This document shows positions 57,576 through 64,000 of a stretch of 64,000 nucleotides of DNA, one piece after another (within the stretch, counting starts at the first letter, position 1; each line of letters opens with the position of its first letter). The DNA is from a virus (Duplodnaviria > Caudoviricetes). The stretch lies in the IMG/VR virus record IMGVR_UViG_3300042507_004106. One strand, written 5' to 3'. Under the pieces are notes generated by a model, which was given only the letters and a program-made list of their open reading frames with translations, was not told the origin of the DNA and did not search any database. The translations under genes were made by a program, and so were the position numbers.

Positions 57576-57829
57576 TAGGCAGTTAGTTCAAGATACTTTT
57601 CAATAATGTCTTCTTTAGGTGTAACAATAGTCAAAATACTATCCGAATGGATCATCATTTCTCTTTGGTCAGTAACATCTGGCCAAGGAGTTAAGTTTCC
57701 ATCCCCATCAATTTTATATGGATTAATGAGTTTACAATCTGGTTCACCAAGTTCAGATCCAACTTCAATAATTTCGGTGATGATTACGTTATCAACTTTC
57801 AGTAAAAGACACTTGATTGATTTCACCAT
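57575..57829 (-). CDS. small beta protein, paralog of the upstream ORF
   Basis: KCLLLK..NPY..LTPWP. Confidence 0.65.
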   Translation of the reverse strand: MVKSIKCLLLKVDNVIITEIIEVGSELGEPDCKLINPYKIDGDGNLTPWPDVTDQREMMIHSDSILTIVTPKEDIIEKYLELTA

Positions 57830-58124
57830 TTACTTTTTCCTCATACATTTGTTTAATTGTTTCTATTGGTTCCACAATAGTAACCACCCAATCAGGCGGG
57901 ACTGGGATTTGATCATCGCTAGTCAGAATAATCCAAGGAGATAGTGATACTTCCAAATCTCCCTGTGCATTCTCATTTTCTTCCACTAGCAAAACTGTTT
58001 TTCTGGCTTCAACTTTATGAGGTTTAGTGAATAGGTATCCACAGACCTTATCATCAGAAATAAGTTCTTTAGCGTCAGAAATAATTGTCTCGCCCGATTT
58101 TAGTAGTGCTAACTTGATTGACAT
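57792..58124 (-). CDS. small beta protein
   Basis: KLALLKSGETII..KP..LSPWI. Confidence 0.7.
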   Translation of the reverse strand: MSIKLALLKSGETIISDAKELISDDKVCGYLFTKPHKVEARKTVLLVEENENAQGDLEVSLSPWIILTSDDQIPVPPDWVVTIVEPIETIKQMYEEKVNGEINQVSFTES

Positions 58125-58220
58125 TTTCCCAATTATCCTCTACCCATTATACCAATAAAAAGGGGAGGCGTCAACTGGATTTTGCCAGTTGCCTCCCGCG
58201 CCGACGATATTCGGAACTAT

Positions 58221-58655
58221 TTATAAGTAATCTTTGCGAGCATGATGCTCTGGTACTATTTTCCCAAGTACGATCCGTAGAAGTCCGTCTTCAAATGTGA
58301 CTTCGCGAACTTCTGTGTCGTCGGATAAAGTCCACGCTCGTTTAAAACTTCTGCTAGCCACTCCCTTGTGGATAAACGTCCTATCCGATTCGGTATCTGC
58401 TTTTTGTCCCTCGACAAAAAGTTTTCCATACTCTGTGAACACATTTACTTCTCCTTTCTTGAATCCCGCTAATGCTAGTTCCAAATGAGACTCAACATTA
58501 TTTATTTGAACTAAGTTATATGGAGGATAATTGGTTGTAGTTTCATGAAGATTAAATAAACGATCAAAATATTCGTCCATTCCAATGCTATTGCGCGTAA
58601 TTCTTTCCATTAAGGCAGGAAGATCCGCAGCAGTATACCTTGTAAGGTTAGTCAT
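58221..58655 (-). CDS. small heat-shock protein (Hsp20)
   Basis: YPPYNL, ELALAGF, HKGVASRSF, FEDGLL. Confidence 0.95.
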   Translation of the reverse strand: MTNLTRYTAADLPALMERITRNSIGMDEYFDRLFNLHETTTNYPPYNLVQINNVESHLELALAGFKKGEVNVFTEYGKLFVEGQKADTESDRTFIHKGVASRSFKRAWTLSDDTEVREVTFEDGLLRIVLGKIVPEHHARKDYL

Positions 58656-58765
58656 TATGGTAGCTCCTTCTTTAAAAGCGAGTTTGTGTTTTGTGGACCC
58701 TTACGGCATCCGTATATAATTATAATACTTCTTACAAAAAAGGCGGGTGTAAAACCCGCTCTTTT

Positions 58766-59206
58766 TTATTCGGCATCCTCTACCTTTTTCTTTTTAGCAC
58801 CAATATTATACTTGGTTTCCAGAATCCAATCTCCCTTGTCCTTATAGGAAAGAACTTTGATTTGATTCAAAGGAGCAATGTCCTGGATCTTCTTTACATC
58901 AACAATCTCAATCAGACCCCAATCAGCAAGAAGTTGGGCAATACGATTGCGACGTTGAACATCATTCACAGTTAGGTTTGCATGTTTGCCGTCAAGGGCA
59001 AATAGTTCTTTAAAGTGAACAAGATAATATCTACCTTGCTTATGTAAAATATGGCAAGATTGATAGATTTTCTTTTCCTTTCTTGAAGCAACTCCGATGC
59101 GGGTCAAAGTCTCACGAACCTTAAGAAAATCATCAGGTTCATTAAGGATCACTTCCACCATTTGGTCGGGCGTCCACTTCACTTCAGGTTCTTGAACGAC
59201 ACTCAT
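58766..59206 (-). CDS. regA: translational repressor RegA
   Basis: FLKVRETLTRIG, QSCHILHKQGRYY..HFKE. Confidence 0.96.
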   Translation of the reverse strand: MSVVQEPEVKWTPDQMVEVILNEPDDFLKVRETLTRIGVASRKEKKIYQSCHILHKQGRYYLVHFKELFALDGKHANLTVNDVQRRNRIAQLLADWGLIEIVDVKKIQDIAPLNQIKVLSYKDKGDWILETKYNIGAKKKKVEDAE

Positions 59207-59583
59207 TTTGTTCCTCCAGTTTCAAATTTCGATTTTATAAATGTTAGTTGTTCTTTGGTAAGAATCCTCAAAGCCTGCTTTGCCTTTTCATTACTATATC
59301 CATAATAACGTTTGACATAATCAAGATCTTTGATTTTATCTTGTCGGAGCCAGGAAGAAAATCTCTTCTTTTTCCTCAGACTATTTATAAAGAAGTCATA
59401 TTGCATCTTTTTTGATAGAAAATGATACCGATTCATTTCATTAGCAAACATAATGCAATCAAGATGCCCAGAAAGACAACGATTAATAATATAGGGTGCA
59501 TATTCCTTCTCAAGTGAAGGATCTTCATCAATCAGATGTTGCTTCGTCTGATTGATCGAGTTTAACCAGTCCTTCAATTCCAT
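59203..59583 (-). CDS. clamp loader small subunit (gp62-like)
   Basis: Start MELKDWLNSIN; YIINRCLS, KKKRFS. Confidence 0.9.
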   Translation of the reverse strand: MELKDWLNSINQTKQHLIDEDPSLEKEYAPYIINRCLSGHLDCIMFANEMNRYHFLSKKMQYDFFINSLRKKKRFSSWLRQDKIKDLDYVKRYYGYSNEKAKQALRILTKEQLTFIKSKFETGGTK

Positions 59584-60400
59584 AATTAAAAAGCAAGAGT
59601 TCTTTACGTTGTTTTTGCTCACGCATATATTCACCCACAGAACGCATCGTGTAAGTCAAATCAAACTCAGCGGCGTTCCAATTTTTAAACCTATCTTTGA
59701 CTAGTTGATCAGAATTGTAACTAATGAGTTGATCCATATTACAAACGTCGCAATCAGCAGCAAACTTATCGTGATCAAATCCTTTGTGCATTGATCCTTT
59801 ACGCCCATAGAGATTATCCTTAATATCATAAGGAGGATCGAGATACATAAAAGCACCTTTGTTTCCATCCATCAGATAATCATAGGAGTAATTAGTTATA
59901 CGCCATTTTTCGATTAGTTTAGAATATTCGGGAAGTTTTTCAATGCCTCTCATGGAGAAGTTATTAATTGATGCCTGTGGAGAAAAAGAAGAGCTTTCGG
60001 TAAGACCACTAAAAGAACATTTGTTAACAATATAGAAAGCGACAGCACGATTAAGGTTCGTTTGAGACTCATCATTGATATTCTCCTTTGACTTTGCGAA
60101 TAATTCTCTTGCTAATTCTGGAGTATTGTGTGCAAGTTTATAATCAACTAACTGATTTTTCAAATCATTTCCAAACATCTGGAGTTGCTGCCAGAAGTTT
60201 ACTAATGGTTCATATAAATCGTTTACCCAAATATCTAGGCTTGGATATTTCTTAGTAATATAAATTGCAACACTTCCGCCGCCAAGAAATGGTTCACGGA
60301 ATTCATCATAGTTGCGAAGATCTGGAAAATATGGATCCATTTTGGTGCAAGCGCGGGACTTGCCCCCAGGATACCTTAAACAGGTTTTAAGAGACTTCAT
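59528..60400 (-). CDS. dam: Dam-like N6-adenine DNA methyltransferase
   Basis: RYPGGKS, EPFLGGGS, YLDPPY; target sequence not determined. Confidence 0.9.
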   Translation of the reverse strand: MKSLKTCLRYPGGKSRACTKMDPYFPDLRNYDEFREPFLGGGSVAIYITKKYPSLDIWVNDLYEPLVNFWQQLQMFGNDLKNQLVDYKLAHNTPELARELFAKSKENINDESQTNLNRAVAFYIVNKCSFSGLTESSSFSPQASINNFSMRGIEKLPEYSKLIEKWRITNYSYDYLMDGNKGAFMYLDPPYDIKDNLYGRKGSMHKGFDHDKFAADCDVCNMDQLISYNSDQLVKDRFKNWNAAEFDLTYTMRSVGEYMREQKQRKELLLFNYGIEGLVKLDQSDEATSD

Positions 60401-60596
60401 AATCAGGTTGGTTATACTTCAAATACTCAAGAAAGGTCATTTTCATTTCTTTATGAGTCATACCACAATGCTTAGCAGCAGCGGGAAGAGTCATCTTTGC
60501 ACGAAATAATGCTTCGTTTGCCTCTTTCACATTCTCAGGAGTAGTCTTGACTGGTTCTTCTTTTAGAGTCTTATAATCAATTTTGTAAAGGTTCAT
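60387..60596 (-). CDS. hypothetical protein, possible HTH
   Basis: LPAAAKHCGMT. Confidence 0.55.
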   Translation of the reverse strand: MNLYKIDYKTLKEEPVKTTPENVKEANEALFRAKMTLPAAAKHCGMTHKEMKMTFLEYLKYNQPDYEVS

Positions 60597-61537
60597 CGGA
60601 ATTCACATTCAACCATAAGTTCAGTTAGTGCTGCTAGGAGGTTAATTTCTTGGTCAGCCACGAAACAACATTGGTATTGATACTTAGCAATAACAAGAAC
60701 GGCAGCAGGAATAGAGGCGGGCACAAGAGAGTCATAACAGGAGTCATAAACCCTGCGAAGTAAGCTAGAAGCATCGTTGTCCAAGTTGGAGACCACCCAC
60801 TTTCTGACTTCCGTAAAGTTCTTTTCCTTGAGGAATTTGATAAGTTCATTTACAGAGATGTCTGAGAAAGATGCAAGAATGCCCGAGTCAATTTTCCCTC
60901 CCGTAGCATACCTTTGACATTCGTTGAGGACCCTACGAAAATCTGGGAAGTGTTTTGATACAAGTTCAACAAGGACTTTTTGATCATATTCAACCCTTTC
61001 CTGGTCCAGGATTGATTGAAGTCGCTGAAAGAAACTTCCCGCAAGTTGAACTCTTTGCTTCCCTTTGATGGTGAAGTCAATGACTGCACATCGGGAGTGA
61101 AGAGGTTCAATAATTTTGTTCTTATAGTTGCAGGTGAAGATGAATCGGCAGTTGTTATAAAATGCCTCAATATTCGCCCGTAGTAAGAGTTGTACGTCGT
61201 TCCCTGTGTTATCCGCCTCATCGATGATGATGACTTTGTGTTTAGAAGATCCCGTAAGTGAGACGGTCGAAGCGAAGTTCTTTGCTTGGTTCCGTACAGT
61301 ATCCAAGAAACGTCCTTCGTCGGATCCGTTAATGACATAATAGTCTGCTCCTAATTCATTACACAATGCCTTTGCAATTGTTGTTTTACCAATACCAGGA
61401 GGTCCCGCGAGAAGGAGATTTGGAATCTCACCCTTCTCTACAAACTCCTTAAATGTTTTTTTAGTATCATCAGGAAGAATACAATCCTCAATCACTTGAG
61501 GACGGTATTTCTCACAGAATAAGAATTCACTTGTCAT
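60593..61537 (-). CDS. clamp loader large subunit (gp44-like)
   Basis: EKYRP, GPPGIGKT, DEAD, SRC. Confidence 0.96.
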   Translation of the reverse strand: MTSEFLFCEKYRPQVIEDCILPDDTKKTFKEFVEKGEIPNLLLAGPPGIGKTTIAKALCNELGADYYVINGSDEGRFLDTVRNQAKNFASTVSLTGSSKHKVIIIDEADNTGNDVQLLLRANIEAFYNNCRFIFTCNYKNKIIEPLHSRCAVIDFTIKGKQRVQLAGSFFQRLQSILDQERVEYDQKVLVELVSKHFPDFRRVLNECQRYATGGKIDSGILASFSDISVNELIKFLKEKNFTEVRKWVVSNLDNDASSLLRRVYDSCYDSLVPASIPAAVLVIAKYQYQCCFVADQEINLLAALTELMVECEFR

Positions 61538-61544
61538 AATTTAG

Positions 61545-62066
61545 TTATACCCAATCAGGTTTTCTTTGCGGCATACGAAGATAATTAGATGCAACCCAAG
61601 GTTTGGATGCGATATACATCTTGTAAGCAGTAAAAGTGTCAATGCTTGCGTCAAATTTATATTCATCTGGCATAGCACGAACAAAGTTTTCTACCTTGTT
61701 TATTTTACCACGAGGGAACAAATAAAAGGCATCTACAAGGGTCTTGTAGCAAGAATGAATTTTATCATAGCGAAGTGTATACTCGTCGCATAGATTCAAT
61801 CCATGTTTGATTAACCAATAAGCATTATCGATATTTTCAAGTGCCCATTTTGTACAGGGGTGGTTACGAAACGCACCTTTTTCAGTTCTGTATGGTGTAC
61901 CATCAGTTTTATAAAGATTGCCGTAACCATGACCCCATTTTTCAGAAGCAACAATAGAAAGCATTTGACAGCATTCTAAAGGCATTTTGACGACATGTTT
62001 ATCGGGAAGACAAATAGCACTTTCCGCAGGCCAAGGAGAAGTAACGAATATATTCATTAGAGACAA
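61545..62066 (-). CDS. pyrimidine dimer DNA glycosylase (DenV)-like protein
   Basis: MNIF...DKHVVKMPLE..QMLS...NHPCTKW. Confidence 0.75.
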   Translation of the reverse strand: MSLMNIFVTSPWPAESAICLPDKHVVKMPLECCQMLSIVASEKWGHGYGNLYKTDGTPYRTEKGAFRNHPCTKWALENIDNAYWLIKHGLNLCDEYTLRYDKIHSCYKTLVDAFYLFPRGKINKVENFVRAMPDEYKFDASIDTFTAYKMYIASKPWVASNYLRMPQRKPDWV

Positions 62067-62482
62067 TACTTTTGAATAACGTATTTTACTTTTTCTGGTT
62101 TATCTTCCATCCAATAAGCTTCATGTTCCATATTTGCAGAAGCATTAGAAGACTTTACTGAATTTTTAATATCTTGATATTTGAAAGACTCAAGAATCAT
62201 ATCCTTTTTGGAAATACCAAAAGCTTTATTTCCGTTGCAGGAATGTGCTACATGGACTGCTTCATGATAAAGAGTTTCATTAACATAAAATTTTACATCA
62301 AATCCACTTTTTTTAATGTTCTTAGTGCAGATTACGAATTTTTTTCCTAGATCCACATATCCAAATATTTCAGTATTACTCCTACAAAAATCAACATTTT
62401 CGCGAACAGAAAACTTTGCCTGATAAATTTGATTGAGAATGTCTTTTGCTTGGGGAGTAAGATACAGTAAGAATTCCATCAT
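62057..62482 (-). CDS. HExxH-containing hypothetical protein
   Basis: TLYHEAVHVAH...EHEAY. Confidence 0.65.
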   Translation of the reverse strand: MMEFLLYLTPQAKDILNQIYQAKFSVRENVDFCRSNTEIFGYVDLGKKFVICTKNIKKSGFDVKFYVNETLYHEAVHVAHSCNGNKAFGISKKDMILESFKYQDIKNSVKSSNASANMEHEAYWMEDKPEKVKYVIQKYCL

Positions 62483-63171
62483 CCAAAAGTAGAGTCTGGT
62501 TCTAGAGCAATATAATAGTGCAAATTATATTTGGGATTTGTGAATTGAGACAGAAGTTTAGAAGAAACTACAACATCATAAGCACCAGGAATAATCTTGA
62601 TGTTTTCTACCTTAAAGTTAAAGGTAAACTCGGCGTCGGTCTCACCAACTACAATAGAATATTCGTTAGAGGTATCGTTCTTCTTATCACGAACTACCAA
62701 TTTGACTACACCTGCTTCCCCAACAGCAGAAAGATCAGGAAGTTGATAAACTGCTGCTGCCTTAAGAAGTTTTTCTAGAGTTACGCTATCAAGTTGGAAA
62801 CAAACATCCTGAGAGGGAAGTTGAATTTCTTTTTCTGGAGGAGAAATAATAACGTTAGGATCAGCGTAGAAGTACTTCACACGACGCTTACCTTCTTTAA
62901 TACTGAGGTAAGATTGTTCAGTAAAATCAAGATCAGGATCCTGATGAAGACTCAAACCATTCAGGAACTGATTCAGATCATAGATAGCAAAATCACGGGG
63001 GAACTCTTCACTAATCTCTGCTTCAGCAAGAATATTCTTTGCTACAGAAATAGTGCGGAGACGCTTACCACTCTTCACAAGAATCGAGTTATTGATACCA
63101 GCAAAGTTCTTGAGAAGAGCGAGAGTATTATCAGAGAGTTTCATAGTTTTGTCTTTGAGTTTCATAATCAA
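62479..63171 (-). CDS. sliding clamp (gp45-like)
   Basis: LKNFAGINNSI, FAIYDLNQFL, YIALEPDS; true start may be 63144. Confidence 0.94.
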   Translation of the reverse strand: MIMKLKDKTMKLSDNTLALLKNFAGINNSILVKSGKRLRTISVAKNILAEAEISEEFPRDFAIYDLNQFLNGLSLHQDPDLDFTEQSYLSIKEGKRRVKYFYADPNVIISPPEKEIQLPSQDVCFQLDSVTLEKLLKAAAVYQLPDLSAVGEAGVVKLVVRDKKNDTSNEYSIVVGETDAEFTFNFKVENIKIIPGAYDVVVSSKLLSQFTNPKYNLHYYIALEPDSTFG

Positions 63172-63494
63172 CGGAATTCGGTCAGACCATTATTTTTGCG
63201 GGAATAATGCCTATCAAAGTGGAGCAAAAGCATTGCATAGTGAATCACTTTGAGAAGGTCACGCTTATTGCGACCATCCTTATCACCATAGCGACTCCCA
63301 TACTTGAGGATATTTGCTTGACAGAATCCAGCAGCAAGTTTCTTCGCTGCCATCAAGTCAATAGTTTGAATATCATTGTAACCATCTTCATCTCCACAGT
63401 AATGACCGTGATAGGTGCTGGTTACATAATCTTCAACATCCTTGAGAATTTTATCTTCGTTGTATTTCCAGAGATGATTTGTGTTTTCAGTCAT
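63168..63494 (-). CDS. DUF3310-like conserved phage protein
   Basis: ANILKYGSRYG.K...DLLKVIHY. Confidence 0.65.
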   Translation of the reverse strand: MTENTNHLWKYNEDKILKDVEDYVTSTYHGHYCGDEDGYNDIQTIDLMAAKKLAAGFCQANILKYGSRYGDKDGRNKRDLLKVIHYAMLLLHFDRHYSRKNNGLTEFR

Positions 63495-63556
63495 AGTAAT
63501 AGTAAAGGTTGAATCACTCATAAAGGGAAGGCACATTTTTACCTTCCCCAATTATA

Positions 63557-64000
63557 TCAGAAGGGGGCGGGTTGGTCAACGTATTCGGGACCAGTAGAAG
63601 GCATTTTGAAATCAGCATCCACTTTATCATAGAGTTCAAGGAATGCTTGCTTGGTTTCCTCATCAAAGCGATTCACACACACTTGAATTGCCTTTGCCTT
63701 GTCTTGGAAGATGCTGTAGGCACGGATAATGTGAGTCAGACGACGGGTGCTGATGATTTCCTCAATACCACCATCGTAGAACGTTTTACGGATGATATCC
63801 GCCCAATCAACCAACCGCTTGCAGAAGTCACGGTCTTCCACGCCAAGGTCCAGAGCGATGCCTTCCAGAATCTTCTGCTCAGTGGTAGGAGCGGGATAGG
63901 ATTGCTCAAAGGTTACAGGGAAACGCTCAAGGAATGCCTCATTCAGCACGTTGGTGCCGATAAAGCGACCGTCATCAGAACCCTTACCCTTGGTGTTGGC
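63557..64000 (-). CDS. cobS: CobS-like AAA+ ATPase, C-terminal part (start outside window)
   Basis: ANTKGKGSDDGRFIGTNVLNEAFLERF, ISTRRL. Confidence 0.85.
   Translation of the reverse strand, partial: ANTKGKGSDDGRFIGTNVLNEAFLERFPVTFEQSYPAPTTEQKILEGIALDLGVEDRDFCKRLVDWADIIRKTFYDGGIEEIISTRRLTHIIRAYSIFQDKAKAIQVCVNRFDEETKQAFLELYDKVDADFKMPSTGPEYVDQPAPF

Overview
64 kb of a T4-like cyanomyovirus genome (Kyanoviridae-like, AT-rich). Nearly all real genes are on the minus strand. Left to right: tail/structural genes; two HNH-type endonucleases; psbD; psbA; an hli-ferredoxin-hli-peroxiredoxin operon; a ~16 kb, 15-gene glycan biosynthesis island; small ORFs, Dps, pstS and an SLH porin; nine tRNAs with structured spacers; a lysis cassette; low-complexity putative virion proteins; and the T4 core (nrdB, nrdA, primase, MazG, gp41, uvsX, gp43, hsp20, regA, gp62, Dam, gp44, DenV-like, gp45, CobS-like). 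Main observation: psbA is split by two ORF-less group I introns (254 and 209 nt) separated by a 16-nt micro-exon. Splicing restores a 360-aa D1, and the micro-exon encodes the Mn-cluster ligands H332/E333. Also notable: a divergent psbD 3' end beside a late-promoter endonuclease, a GT11+GT6 (ABO-like) pair, a gmd-C-methyltransferase-fcl branched-sugar module, a porin+PstS pair, and several candidate ncRNAs. All calls are from motif recognition by eye; no searches were run.
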